A stretch of DNA of 64,000 nucleotides from a virus. Taxonomy: Duplodnaviria > Caudoviricetes. The stretch spans positions 1 through 64,000 of IMG/VR virus record IMGVR_UViG_2565956830_000005; one strand, given 5' to 3'. Positions 54,698 through 64,000 of the stretch are shown here, in pieces. The position numbers were made by a program, and so were the translations under genes. The notes beneath the pieces are model-generated. The model was not told the origin of the DNA and searched no databases. It saw only the letters and a list, made by a program, of their open reading frames with translations. How positions within the stretch are numbered: position 1 is the first letter of the stretch; every line of letters starts with the position of its first letter.

Positions 54698-55543
54698 GTT
54701 GTGGTGTCTCGCGGGGTTGGCGGGCGGCTGTCTCTGGGATTGCCGGCGTTGCGTCCGGGGCGGGGTGGTCGTGTGTGGCGGAGGGCCCGGCCGGTGTTGC
54801 GTGGCCGGGCCCTCGGTGTGTGCTCGGCTGCTCTCGGGGAGCAGGCTGCCCGTGCGCGCGCAGCCAGCGGGAGCGTGGGGCAGCGTCGGGGAGTGTATGT
54901 GGGGGGTCTGACAATGCGGGCGGCCGCCCTGTGGAGGGGCGGCCGCGGGGGGTCGTCCAGCCGGGGCGACCGAGAGTGCGTGTACAGGGTGCCATGGGTG
55001 CGGGCGCTGTCGCTGGTGTTGTCTGGTTCTCGCGCGGGTGAGTTGACTGTCTGTGAGGTGTGGTCGACCGTTGTGGGTTAGGCCGGTGGCGCGTGGATGT
55101 CCCTTCCCGGGGCGGGACGGTGCCGTGGTCTGTGCCTGGGTGGGCCGGCGTTCACTGTTGCGGAGTTTGGTGGTGGGTGTCGGGTTGCTCGGGGTGTGCC
55201 CTCGCTCGGTGCGGAGCGTGCGAGGGCACTCAGCCGCCTTCTGGTGCCGTGGCGGCTGCCGTCTGATGCGGATTCAGGCGGCCCCTGGCGGGAGGGCGGT
55301 TGGGCGGGTGGACGGCCCGGGGAGGCCCGAACAGCCCGTCGCACTTCCCCCGTTGTGTTCAGTTTCCTGCCGGATTGGCCGGAACTCGTAGGGCCGGTTG
55401 GGCCGCTTTACGGGCCGTACGGCCCTGTATCAGGCTCGATCGCTGCGCTGATGGTCGCTCAGGTGCCTGCACCGTGCCGTCTGGATATCGAATCGCCTCG
55501 TCTGCGAGCGGGAAGGGTGCGGGCGGGGCTACTCTCCCGGCGC

Positions 55544-56149
55544 ATGGACATCTCGTGGGGCAACGTGGCCTCCCTCGCTGCGGCGGGGCTCAGTGCGGTG
55601 GCTGCTGCTGGTGCGTGGTTGGCGGCGCACCGGTCGGCGAACACTGCGGATACGGTCGCGCGGATTGAGCAGGATCGCTGGCATGCGGATCTGCTGCCCC
55701 AGTTCATCGTCAGCCTCGGGCCCTTGGAAGGCGATCGCGGCACGCTCCACGTGCACCTGGCCGGGCCACTCCCGCTGTGTCACCTGGATGAGATCCGTAT
55801 CGAGATCGTGCAGAGCGATGACATGTCCTACACGTCGACTCTCGCGGGTGGTGTGTCGCAGGAGGAGATCGATGCGCAGGTGTGGGGGCCGCTCCGGTTT
55901 TCGTACGGTGCGAATGGCGCGGACATCAACGGGAGCACGGTCGATCCGTTCGATCTGGCGGTGGGCCGGGGACACCCGTTCAGTGTCGAACTGACGCGTC
56001 CGCCGCGGTGGATCGAGGGCAACGACCGGGCCGTACGGTGGCGTGAGCGGTGGGCGGGCAAGCCGATGCGACTGGTCCTGACGTGCCGGCGGGACGGTTT
56101 CAAGGACTGGGTGGTGCCCCGCGAGGTAGAGGTCCCGCAGGGCACCTGA
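55544..56149 (+). CDS. N-terminal TM-anchored hypothetical protein (moron)
   Basis: MDISWGNVASLAAAGLSAVAAAGAWLAA...; oriented against the flanking leftward operon. Confidence 0.6.
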   Translation: MDISWGNVASLAAAGLSAVAAAGAWLAAHRSANTADTVARIEQDRWHADLLPQFIVSLGPLEGDRGTLHVHLAGPLPLCHLDEIRIEIVQSDDMSYTSTLAGGVSQEEIDAQVWGPLRFSYGANGADINGSTVDPFDLAVGRGHPFSVELTRPPRWIEGNDRAVRWRERWAGKPMRLVLTCRRDGFKDWVVPREVEVPQGT

Positions 56150-56201
56150 CCGCGCCAGGCCACCACCGGGACGGTGCGCGGCGCGGGACGCGCGCGGTGT
56201 G

Positions 56202-56540
56202 TCAGTCGAGGCCGCGCCGGTGCGCCTCGCGGCGGATCCGTACGGCCAACGTGCAGGCCTGGGTGGCGCGTTGGCGCTGGTCGCCGGTCAGGTGTTCCGG
56301 GATGGGGCTCGCAGTGCCGTCCGGTTGGAGGAACAGGTCGGCCTTGCGGGGCAGCGACAGGGCATCGGCTGCTGCGTGGCAGTCGGTCCAGCCGATGCGG
56401 TGGCCTGAGGGTGGGCACACCCAGTCTGCGTAGACGGTGGCGAGCAGGTGGTGTGCGGGTTGGCCGCCGAGTTCCGTTTCGTACGGCTCGGGCAGCTGCC
56501 GGTTGATGAACTTGGCGGCGTTGACGCGGCCGTGGGCCAT
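56202..56540 (-). CDS. hypothetical protein
   Basis: GGGAGG RBS, MAHGRVN... Confidence 0.5.
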   Translation of the reverse strand: MAHGRVNAAKFINRQLPEPYETELGGQPAHHLLATVYADWVCPPSGHRIGWTDCHAAADALSLPRKADLFLQPDGTASPIPEHLTGDQRQRATQACTLAVRIRREAHRRGLD

Positions 56541-56557
56541 GAGTCCTCCCGGACTCT

Positions 56558-56887
56558 TCAGCAGTCGTTCCCCGACCGCGATAGGCCCCGCGCCTGAGGC
56601 GAGTGTATGCGGCTCGCCTGCGGAGTGTTCCGGCAGCAGTCGGCACGCCAGCCCGCTGGCGTCTCGAGCCGGATCTGGACGCCAGGCGCGAACGGCTCCC
56701 CGCAGGCCGCGCACCGCCCTTCGCGGACGGCGGTGAACCAGGGCCGCTCCACAGGCGTGGGCCTGGCGGCCGGGGACGCCGACGCCCTTCGGGAAGGGAC
56801 GCCGGCGTGCCCGGTTTCGGCAGGGGTGGGGCGGCAGTGCGCGCACATGCCGGGTTGCAGGTCGGTGAAGTCGCAGCGCTCGGTCAT
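56558..56887 (-). CDS. Zn-finger hypothetical protein
   Basis: CAHC, 'GRCAACGEPF..G..I'. Confidence 0.5.
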   Translation of the reverse strand: MTERCDFTDLQPGMCAHCRPTPAETGHAGVPSRRASASPAARPTPVERPWFTAVREGRCAACGEPFAPGVQIRLETPAGWRADCCRNTPQASRIHSPQARGLSRSGNDC

Positions 56888-57144
56888 CAGTCCTTGAGGG
56901 CCGGGACGGCGGTGGTGGTGTCGAGGCGTGCTTTGAGGGCGGGGTCGGGGGTGCAGTCGCCGGTGCAGCCAGGTGGGCACCAGGCGGTGGCCGCGGGGTG
57001 GGCGTCCAGCGCCTGGAGGACGACGGAGGGTTCGCCGGCGACCTGGTGGGGGTGGTGGGCGATGAGCCAGAGGACGCGGTCGAGGGCGCGGGTCTTGTCG
57101 GTGTAGGCGTCGAGGAGGGCGTCGACGTTGTGCTGAGCGGGCAT
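56887..57144 (-). CDS. hypothetical protein
   Basis: coupled ORF, CPPGCTGDC. Confidence 0.45.
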   Translation of the reverse strand: MPAQHNVDALLDAYTDKTRALDRVLWLIAHHPHQVAGEPSVVLQALDAHPAATAWCPPGCTGDCTPDPALKARLDTTTAVPALKD

Positions 57145-57146
57145 GG

Positions 57147-57947
57147 TCACTGTTCCTGGGGGTCTGGGGTGGTGGGGCTCAACGTCGGTAGCGGCGGGAC
57201 TACTTGGGCGAGCCAGCTGGTGGGTTCTGTCGTGAAGTGGGGTGCTGGGCTGCTCTCCCACCACGACCTGGTGGCGAGGACCGTGTTTTCGGTGCTGGTG
57301 CGTTTGTCGGTGTACGTCGTCTCCCGCTCGCCGAGGTGGCGCACGGTGACGCGTCCGCGTTTGCAGCCGTCGGGGTAGTCGCTCCAGTTCACGCCTTTCT
57401 CGGACCACAGCAGTTCCTGCATGCCGGCGCTGTTCACGCCGTGGAGGCGTTGGTGGGAGAAGTGGGCCTGGGCGGCCATGCTGATGCTGTTGCTGACGGC
57501 GTCGCGTTGCCGTCCGATGAAGTAGTTCGCGACCTCGACCGGGTCGTTGATGGTGAAGACGCGGGCGTCGAAGAGTCCTCGTCGGCCGGGGCGGCGTTCG
57601 TTGAGGACGGCGGTCGCGAGGGATGCGGCGATGCTGAGCTGTTTCGCGATGACGCCGCCGAACCAGGGCTGCGTGGTGGGGGTGTCGAAGTCGGTGATCA
57701 GGATGCTGATTTCGTCGGACTGGCTGTAAGCGAAGCGGGCGCCGGCGATCTCGGTGCAGAGGGCTTCGGCGACGGCGTCCATGTCGGCCATGAACGCCTC
57801 GTCGAACGGCCGCTGCGCGCCGGCCAGGTAGGAGTGGAAGGCGCGGCCGTCGACGCGGAGTACGGCGTGTGTGCGGCGGGGCAGCACAGTCCGATAGGGG
57901 GCCTCGTACTGCTTCATGCGCTCGGCGAGCGGGGCGTTGTCGCTCAT
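57147..57947 (-). CDS. thg1: tRNA(His) guanylyltransferase Thg1-like protein
   Basis: 'RMKQYE...LRVDGRAFHSY...AYSQSDEISIL...FGG...K..SIAAS...FDARVF...YF..RQRDA..NSI'. Confidence 0.92.
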   Translation of the reverse strand: MSDNAPLAERMKQYEAPYRTVLPRRTHAVLRVDGRAFHSYLAGAQRPFDEAFMADMDAVAEALCTEIAGARFAYSQSDEISILITDFDTPTTQPWFGGVIAKQLSIAASLATAVLNERRPGRRGLFDARVFTINDPVEVANYFIGRQRDAVSNSISMAAQAHFSHQRLHGVNSAGMQELLWSEKGVNWSDYPDGCKRGRVTVRHLGERETTYTDKRTSTENTVLATRSWWESSPAPHFTTEPTSWLAQVVPPLPTLSPTTPDPQEQ

Positions 57948-57952
57948 CGTGG

Positions 57953-58171
57953 TCAGTCCCAGGTGATGTCGTTGTTGGCGAAGGCCTTCACGATGGCGGG
58001 ATCGTCGAGGAAGAGCTGGAGGGAGTCGAGTTCGGTGTCCCAGTCCTCCTCTTTGAGGTTGGCGATGAGCGGGGTGAGCGTCTCTTCTTTCAGCTCGTCG
58101 GAGGCGCCGGCCTTGATGAGGGCGCGGGCGACCGGGTTGAAGAATGTGAGGCCTGCGCTGCCGAATCCCAT
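57953..58171 (-). CDS. small acidic hypothetical protein
   Basis: CAGGAG RBS; 'LIANLKEEDWDT' motif. Confidence 0.55.
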   Translation of the reverse strand: MGFGSAGLTFFNPVARALIKAGASDELKEETLTPLIANLKEEDWDTELDSLQLFLDDPAIVKAFANNDITWD

Positions 58172-58422
58172 AGCTGTTGTCTCCTGTGTTCGATGATCTG
58201 TGCGGCTTCGTCGAGGCGTGTGGCGTGGCGGTTGCGGCGCCAGTGGCGGGTGCGGATGAACTTCACGTCGGCCAGGCCGCGGAGGTCTTCCGGGGTACTC
58301 GCGTACAGGACTTCCGGGTCGTGGGGTGAGAGGCCGCTGTCGTAGCACCAGGCGTTGAAGCGTTCCCGGGAGGAGGCGAGGACGACCAGGAGGGGATGAC
58401 CCGTGGCAAGGGGAGGCGTCAC
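58090..58422 (-). CDS. hypothetical protein
   Basis: GTGA coupling; overlaps the downstream gene. Confidence 0.4.
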   Translation of the reverse strand: MTPPLATGHPLLVVLASSRERFNAWCYDSGLSPHDPEVLYASTPEDLRGLADVKFIRTRHWRRNRHATRLDEAAQIIEHRRQQLWDSAAQASHSSTRSPAPSSRPAPPTS

Positions 58423-58871
58423 TTTTTGCCCGCGCTCGCGATGACCGGCAGGCCGTCGGCGCCGGTCGGGATGTAGATCACCGAGCTGTTCTTGCCCGAG
58501 ACTGCGATCTCCTTCAGTGCCTCGGTCATCTCGAACTGGACGTAGAGCGGCGTCAGAGTCGTCGCGATCTCGTCCTGCGCCTCGCGGATGCCCTTGGACT
58601 TCTCGAAGCGGATTTGCGCCTTCTGCTGCTCGATCTTCACGCGCTGCTTCTGCTGGCTGATCTCGATCTCGTTGAGCCTGACCCGGTTGTTGGCCTTGAT
58701 CCGGCTCGTCGTGACGTAGTTCTTCGTGTCCTGGACGGCCTGGTAACGGTCGTAGGTCCTGTAGCCCCACATGCAGCCGAGGATGATCGCGACGAGCGCG
58801 GTGAGGCCGATGGCGACGGTGATGGTGGCGTAGCGGAAGTTCTGCTGGTCCTGGGCGGTGCTGCCGGTCAT
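58419..58871 (-). CDS. membrane protein with SPFH/band-7-like coiled-coil tail
   Basis: N-terminal TM; 'GIREAQ..IA.TLTPLYVQ...VIYIPT...LPV'. Confidence 0.6.
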   Translation of the reverse strand: MTGSTAQDQQNFRYATITVAIGLTALVAIILGCMWGYRTYDRYQAVQDTKNYVTTSRIKANNRVRLNEIEISQQKQRVKIEQQKAQIRFEKSKGIREAQDEIATTLTPLYVQFEMTEALKEIAVSGKNSSVIYIPTGADGLPVIASAGKK

Positions 58872-58939
58872 GGGTGTTGGTCTCCCTTGAGTTGAGTGGG
58901 CCCGCCAATTCGGGTGGCCGGGCACATGTTTCGGGACGG

Positions 58940-60745
58940 TCAGGCGGGGTGTTCGGCCTCGTACGTCTCGGCCACCGCTGCCGGGCTGGGCGCAGGCCCG
59001 GTGTGCCGGCAGTGGACGCCCGTGTACTTGTTGTTGATCCGGCACCGTTCGCGTTGGCGCCGCGCCCACTCCCGGAGCTCTTCCGCGTCCTCGGGGTGTA
59101 CGAGCGTTGCTGCCGTGAGGAGTTCGGCGGTTTCGCAGGCGGTGGATGTGTACGGCGGGATGTCGAGCAACGCGAGGATGTGGGCGGGGAGCTGCTCGCG
59201 GGTGTCGCCAGGCGGCGGTGGCGTCCAGGCGATCGCTGTCGGAGCGGGCGCGGCCTCGGCCCGTCCCGCTCTCCGGGCGTATTCGGTGTTCGTCTCGTTG
59301 AGTTCGCCGACGACTTCGGCGTACCGGTCGAGGTCGTCGTAGAGCTGCTCCAGGTCCTCGACGGTCAGGTCTGCCAGGGGGATGCGGTCCTCGTGGTCCG
59401 GGTTGGGGGCACGGTCCAGGGCGCGTACTGCGCGGAGGGCTTGGAGGACGGCGAACACGTGGTGGAGGGGGATGCCCCGGCGCGCGGAGTGGATGCGTTG
59501 CGCGGTGACCTTATCGGCGGTGGCGCCGTCGGCGAGTTCTTGCGCGGTGGGTACGGGGACGGGTGCTTGAGCGGCGAGGACGGCGAACTGGTCGCGGAGG
59601 TAGCCGGACTGGCGTGTGAGGCCGGTGAGGTCGTCTTCCTCGGGGGTGACGAGCGACTGGTCGGATCCTTGCGCCCTGTGTCCGTTCCCGTTGGTCAGGG
59701 CGGACAGTCCGCTTGCGAGTTGCCGGGCGAGGGTGGGGTGGACGATGAGGCGGCGGGCGCGTTCGCGGTCGGGCTGTTCGAGGGCGTAGCCCGTGAAGTC
59801 GACCATGCAGGGGATGAATTCAGGGGTGTCGGGGTGGGGCTCGGCGAGGGCGGCTGCGAACCCGTTCGGGACGAAGACGTCCATCACCTGGGCGGAGTCG
59901 TGGCCGGGCAGCGTGGTGTCGGATTCGTAGACGCACTCGGTGCCGCAGCCGTGGCACCGCGGCTTGTGGTCGCGCTTCTTGCAGCCGCAGATGCACGCGG
60001 CCTCAGTCTCCGGCGGTGTGCGGTTGCCGGTCGTCAGTACGGTGATGAAGTCGGCTTTCAGTTTCCGGGTCTGTTCGAGGGTGAGGCCCTTCGGGCCGGC
60101 CGTCGGGATGGCTTCGGCGCTGTCGCCCGGCGTCGGCGTGGGCATCGTGTACGCGTACGGCCCGTTCGGGTCGGGCGGACATTCCGGGTGCTGGATGCCC
60201 CCGTGCTCGCGGGCCTGGCGGTCTGTTGAGAACTTTCCCGAACCGGCCCCGCAGGTGGTGCAGGTCCAGAACCAGCCGGTGTCACGGGGGTTGTCGACGA
60301 CGATCGGCCCGGCCGCTGCCGGGAGTGGCCGGGCCTCGTCCAGGAGGGCGAGGATCTCGGACGGCCAGAGAGTGTCCGCGTCACATGGCTGTCCGTCCGC
60401 GCCTTCGGCCGTGTTGGCCTCGGCGAGAGCCCGTACGCGGGCGATGGCGGCCTCGGCGTTCTCGACGCGGCAGGCGTAGCACCAGTCCGCGCACGGCAGC
60501 AGCGCTGTGGTGCCGTCGGGGCGGAGCAAGCTGAACTGCATGTGGTTGGGGAAACGCTCGATGAACGCGAGCCAGTGTTCGGCCTGTGCCTCGGCGGAAG
60601 CGGCACGGGTGGTTGCGGAGGCGAGGGCCTCGCGCGCGGTGGCGAGTTGCCGTTGCGACTCGGTTTCCTCGGCTGCTTTCAGTTGCTCGTAGAGGGCGTT
60701 GAGGGCGTCGGTGGTGATCGTGTCGATGGTGTGGCGGTCGGCCAT
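58940..60745 (-). CDS. mosaic hypothetical protein
   Basis: 601 aa built of several short actinophage modules with CxxC motifs. Confidence 0.55.
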   Translation of the reverse strand: MADRHTIDTITTDALNALYEQLKAAEETESQRQLATAREALASATTRAASAEAQAEHWLAFIERFPNHMQFSLLRPDGTTALLPCADWCYACRVENAEAAIARVRALAEANTAEGADGQPCDADTLWPSEILALLDEARPLPAAAGPIVVDNPRDTGWFWTCTTCGAGSGKFSTDRQAREHGGIQHPECPPDPNGPYAYTMPTPTPGDSAEAIPTAGPKGLTLEQTRKLKADFITVLTTGNRTPPETEAACICGCKKRDHKPRCHGCGTECVYESDTTLPGHDSAQVMDVFVPNGFAAALAEPHPDTPEFIPCMVDFTGYALEQPDRERARRLIVHPTLARQLASGLSALTNGNGHRAQGSDQSLVTPEEDDLTGLTRQSGYLRDQFAVLAAQAPVPVPTAQELADGATADKVTAQRIHSARRGIPLHHVFAVLQALRAVRALDRAPNPDHEDRIPLADLTVEDLEQLYDDLDRYAEVVGELNETNTEYARRAGRAEAAPAPTAIAWTPPPPGDTREQLPAHILALLDIPPYTSTACETAELLTAATLVHPEDAEELREWARRQRERCRINNKYTGVHCRHTGPAPSPAAVAETYEAEHPA

Positions 60746-60749
60746 GGGG

Positions 60750-61082
60750 TCAGTCCTCCCTGGGTTCGCGGTAGTTGATGGCGAAGCCGGGCAGCCCGAG
60801 GCCGAAGTCGGGGTCGGCGGAGGCCGGGCGGAGTGGTGCGCGCAGTTCGGTTTCGTCGACGCTGCACGCGGGGTGTCGCTGGGACATGCCGGCGGGGACG
60901 CCGGTCCAGCGGAAGGGCTCCCTGCAGTCCCGGCAGTTGACCTTGATGTCGGCGTGGTAGCCGACGACGGTGGGGTCGGTCGCGGTGACGCGGTTGACGT
61001 CGATGTAGGCGTCGAAGTTGTCGTGCGGGCATGGGCGATCGGGGTCTGGGGACCGGGTCACCGGCTGGTCGGGGGCGGCCAT
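60750..61082 (-). CDS. hypothetical Zn-binding protein
   Basis: 'CPHDNF...CRDC.EPFRW.G'. Confidence 0.55.
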   Translation of the reverse strand: MAAPDQPVTRSPDPDRPCPHDNFDAYIDVNRVTATDPTVVGYHADIKVNCRDCREPFRWTGVPAGMSQRHPACSVDETELRAPLRPASADPDFGLGLPGFAINYREPRED

Positions 61083-61086
61083 GGGC

Positions 61087-61668
61087 TTACGGCTCCTCGT
61101 CGTGGGGGTTTTCGTCCACGTCGGCTACGGCTGTGGCCTGGGCGGATACGGCGGAGTGGACTACCGGCGCGGCGGACGCTGAGGGATCGTCCAGGAGCGG
61201 CTCTCCCGCTCGGGTGGGTGGAGGAGTGTCGGTCGCTCGACGACCGGGTTCGCGGAACTCCTCGGCTGGTAGCGGGCGTCCGGTCTTGAGGGCCCACCAG
61301 CCGGCGCAGACCTGTTCGCCGATCGGGATGGTGTGGGTGGCGCCGTCGGGGCGGTAGGTGGCGATGGGCTCGTACGAGCCGCCGTAGCCCTTGGTCATGC
61401 CGTGGTGGCACCAGAACGGGGCGTCGACGGGCAGCTGGGCGCCGTTGGCTTCGAGTTCGGGAGAGCCGGAGCGGAAGGCGCAGTCGACGCAGGCGCGGCG
61501 CATCACTCCGGGTGGGAGAGGTGCGGGGGTGAGTTCGGATTCGTCCCAGCCGCCGACGTCGTTGGTGAGGCCGATGCCGTGGCAGTGGAGACAGCGGCCC
61601 TGGGACTGGCCCATGTCGCCTTCGGTGCAGAACGGGCAGCGCCAGCGGTAGACGACGAGTTCGGTCAC
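61087..61668 (-). CDS. Cys-rich hypothetical protein
   Basis: CPFC, CLHC, CVDCAF, FWCH, CAGW. Confidence 0.55.
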   Translation of the reverse strand: MTELVVYRWRCPFCTEGDMGQSQGRCLHCHGIGLTNDVGGWDESELTPAPLPPGVMRRACVDCAFRSGSPELEANGAQLPVDAPFWCHHGMTKGYGGSYEPIATYRPDGATHTIPIGEQVCAGWWALKTGRPLPAEEFREPGRRATDTPPPTRAGEPLLDDPSASAAPVVHSAVSAQATAVADVDENPHDEEP

Positions 61669-61937
61669 GGGGCGTCCACCCTCTGAAGGCCCGCGGCCTG
61701 CAGCTCCGCCGTGCGGGCGTGCTGGCGGCGTGCCCGGGCTTCGTAGTAGGCCGCTTCGGCGCGGAGGTCGACGAGCTCGTCCTGCTCGAGGATGGCCGCG
61801 ATCGGGACGAAGGAGAACAGCAGGAAGATCCCCGCGACCGGGTAGTTGCCGAAGAGGTACTGCTGCACGGCGCACCAGGCGGACCAGACGCTGTGGAAGG
61901 CGTAGAGCAGGACGACGATGCGGGCGCGGACACTCAC
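61665..61937 (-). CDS. small membrane protein
   Basis: 2 TM segments. Confidence 0.5.
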   Translation of the reverse strand: MSVRARIVVLLYAFHSVWSAWCAVQQYLFGNYPVAGIFLLFSFVPIAAILEQDELVDLRAEAAYYEARARRQHARTAELQAAGLQRVDAP

Positions 61938-62380
61938 GAGGCGCTCCCGGCGGATTCGTCGGCCCAGTGCACGGTGATGGCCGGGTCATCGCCGGTGAGG
62001 GCTTCCACGGAGACGGCGCCGACGAGGCCGGCGTAGGGGTCGTCGGCGAGGACTCTGCCGGAGGGGAACTGGACGCCGTGCATGTCCGGGTGGCCAGGGT
62101 GCTGGAGGACGAAGCGTCGGGCGAACTGGACCCCGGCCAGGCCGTGCGGAGGCTCGCCCCCGGTGGAGTGGTGCGCGGTGCGGCGGACGGCGGCGAGGAG
62201 TTCGTCGGTCTCGTCGGCGAGGACGTGGACTGCGGCGCCTCCTTCGCCGTCGGCGCGGGCGGTGCGGAGGCTGACTGCCGGTTTGCCGTGGCGGTGTGAG
62301 GGTTCGATGACGAGTTCGTCGCCGTCGATGTCGGTGAAGCGGATCGGGTTGGCCGGGTCGTCGCTGTAGAGGAACGTCAC
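61934..62380 (-). CDS. hypothetical protein
   Basis: coupled ORF, 148 aa. Confidence 0.5.
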   Translation of the reverse strand: MTFLYSDDPANPIRFTDIDGDELVIEPSHRHGKPAVSLRTARADGEGGAAVHVLADETDELLAAVRRTAHHSTGGEPPHGLAGVQFARRFVLQHPGHPDMHGVQFPSGRVLADDPYAGLVGAVSVEALTGDDPAITVHWADESAGSAS

Positions 62381-62790
62381 TGCTGACCTCCGTCGTCGAT
62401 CGTGCGGGCTGTAGCGAGCGCGGCTTCGTCGCGGTGGCGAGCCTTCGCCTGGAGGTGGTCGTAGTTGACCGCGCGGGCCAGGACGAGAGCGGGTTCGTCG
62501 GCGCTCACTTCGGTGCCGTCGAGGGCATCGGCGGTCTGGTCGAGGAGCTTGGCGAGGGCGCGGCCGACGCCGGGGTGCATGGCGCAGATGTACTGGGCAT
62601 CGGTCGGCTCGTGGTGGGGGTCGGTGGTGGTGCTGGCGACGCGGTACGGGACGCCGATGTTGCTGATGGTCTGCGGGTAGTGGCGTGCCTGTTCGTTGAC
62701 GATGTACCAGGGGCCGCGGTTGTCGCCGAGCGCCTGGACGAGGTCGTCCAGCTTGGCTGCCGCGGCACGGATCTCTTCGGTAGGTGTCAT
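62377..62790 (-). CDS. hypothetical protein (paralogue of the ligase C-terminal domain)
   Basis: 'TPTEEIRAAAAKL...GPW...YICAMHPGVGRALAKLL'. Confidence 0.55.
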   Translation of the reverse strand: MTPTEEIRAAAAKLDDLVQALGDNRGPWYIVNEQARHYPQTISNIGVPYRVASTTTDPHHEPTDAQYICAMHPGVGRALAKLLDQTADALDGTEVSADEPALVLARAVNYDHLQAKARHRDEAALATARTIDDGGQQ

Positions 62791-63707
62791 CGCTGCTCGC
62801 CGCCCAGGACGATGCGCGCGAGGGCGATGGTGGGGTCGATGACGGGATGGCCGGGCGCGCCGCTGCCGTGTTCCGTGTGGTCGGCGGTCTCCTCCAAGAG
62901 CTTGGCCAGCGCGCGCCCGACGCCGGGGTGCATGGCCGCGATGTAGTCGGCGTTCGCTCCGTTACTCATGGGCTCGTCGACGACGTACACGGGCGCCCGG
63001 TCCTCTGCGCCGGGGCCGTCGTGGAGGAGGCGGTCGCCTCGGTCCATGGAGAGCCAGGGGCCGGGTGTGAGTTCGGGGTCGGCGAGGCGCGCTCGCAACT
63101 TGCGGGCTGCCGTGCGGAGTTCGTCGGCAGGGCTGACCGGGTGCGGGGTGGCGAAGTCGCGCGCCTTGATCTTTGCGCGGCGGCCGTCGGGGTGATGCCA
63201 CACGATGCCCTCGTACGGGCGGGTGAGGAGCCACTCGCGGAGGCCGTCGAAGTCGCGCGGGGCGGCCTCCACGTCGATGCGCTCGGACAGGGGCGCCCAT
63301 CCGTGGGGCATGAGGAGGTGTGCGTCGAAGCCGTCCGCGTTGCGGTTGATTTTCGGGCCGAGGAGTTCGTAGGTGCCGGGTGCGACGGCCGTGCTGTTGG
63401 TCAGCGCTTCGGCGTGGAGCTTGGCGAATGAGGACTGGGCCATTGGCTCCCAGCCGACGAGTTTCCCGGTCGCCTCGTCGTGCTGCGCGGTGACGAAGGA
63501 GTGCGGGATGTCCTTGCCGGGTTTGACTTCGCGGCGGGCCCACCAGTTGCCGTGCTCGTCGAGCATGGTGCAGGTGCCGTCCCACTTGCGGGTTGCGATG
63601 CCTTCGCCTGCGGTCACCCATTCGCAGCCCGGGGTGACGTCGGGCAGGACGGTACGGGGGCGGCCCAGGCGGAGGTCGCGGGCGAAGAGGGTCGGGATTT
63701 TGCGCAT
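62787..63707 (-). CDS. ATP-dependent RNA ligase-like nucleotidyltransferase (DUF5565/RLIG1-like) with C-terminal fusion
   Basis: Motif I 'TRKWDGTC', 'TYELLGPKIN', motif IV 'EGIVW', motif V 'KIK'. Confidence 0.75.
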   Translation of the reverse strand: MRKIPTLFARDLRLGRPRTVLPDVTPGCEWVTAGEGIATRKWDGTCTMLDEHGNWWARREVKPGKDIPHSFVTAQHDEATGKLVGWEPMAQSSFAKLHAEALTNSTAVAPGTYELLGPKINRNADGFDAHLLMPHGWAPLSERIDVEAAPRDFDGLREWLLTRPYEGIVWHHPDGRRAKIKARDFATPHPVSPADELRTAARKLRARLADPELTPGPWLSMDRGDRLLHDGPGAEDRAPVYVVDEPMSNGANADYIAAMHPGVGRALAKLLEETADHTEHGSGAPGHPVIDPTIALARIVLGGEQR

Positions 63708-64000
63708 CAGCTGGTGCCTTCTGTGGGTGGGATGAGGGTGAGGTCGGCGCCCCACATGTCGCGTGGGCTGGGGTGGTACTCGATGTGCGCGATCTCGTAC
63801 CGGCTGCGTGGCCCGCCGTAGTCGATGAGGATGTGGTCGCCGCGTTCGATGCCGGGGCCCCAGCCGGAGACGCGGAGTTGCTGGAGGTCGTCGGGTTCGT
63901 GGTGGACGACGTAGTCGCGGCCCCAGCCGAGGTGATCGCGCGTGTAGTCGTGGACGCGCGGCTTCCGCCCTGGTGCGGGAGAGGGCTCTGGCGGGGCGGT
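63707..64000 (-). CDS. partial hypothetical protein (runs off the window; possible frameshift near 63750)
   Basis: Open frame '...HDYTRDHLGWGRDY...GWGPGIERGDHILI...YHPSPRDMW'. Confidence 0.4.
   Translation of the reverse strand, partial: TAPPEPSPAPGRKPRVHDYTRDHLGWGRDYVVHHEPDDLQQLRVSGWGPGIERGDHILIDYGGPRSRYEIAHIEYHPSPRDMWGADLTLIPPTEGTS

Noticed and set aside
1-64000. Integrase, reverse transcriptase/DGR, lysis cassette
   Set aside because: No recognisable motifs seen; they may lie outside the window

Overview
High-GC (Streptomyces-like) temperate siphophage or prophage segment, almost all on the minus strand. No integrase, replication or lysis gene is recognisable in the window. Positions 1-23 kb hold the virion module: minor tail proteins, tape measure, frameshifted tail chaperone, major tail, neck and connector proteins, an Endonuclease VII-type homing endonuclease, major capsid, scaffold, XkdF-like protease, a portal-Nudix-Zn finger-MuF fusion and the terminases. 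Positions 23.5-28.7 kb hold a second fibre/lectin module upstream of terminase. Positions 31-32.4 kb hold a putative late-control region. Positions 37-52.4 kb form a long leftward operon driven from a perfect 57-bp palindrome. It carries (i) a nucleotide-sugar dehydrogenase, an unannotated 38-aa LAHTG sortase-signal-only peptide, a processive GT2 synthase, TerD and a lipoprotein, and (ii) a plasmid spread/transfer-like membrane module (DUF2637/SpdB2-like) with 21-bp-phased CGGAAC repeats and clt-like GGTAGA repeats. Positions 52.5-64 kb hold HTH, GIY-YIG, an SOS-box gene, a hairpin-dense non-coding block, a Thg1-like guanylyltransferase, an RNA ligase and many small hypothetical genes. All family calls are from motif recognition by eye; no database search was run.
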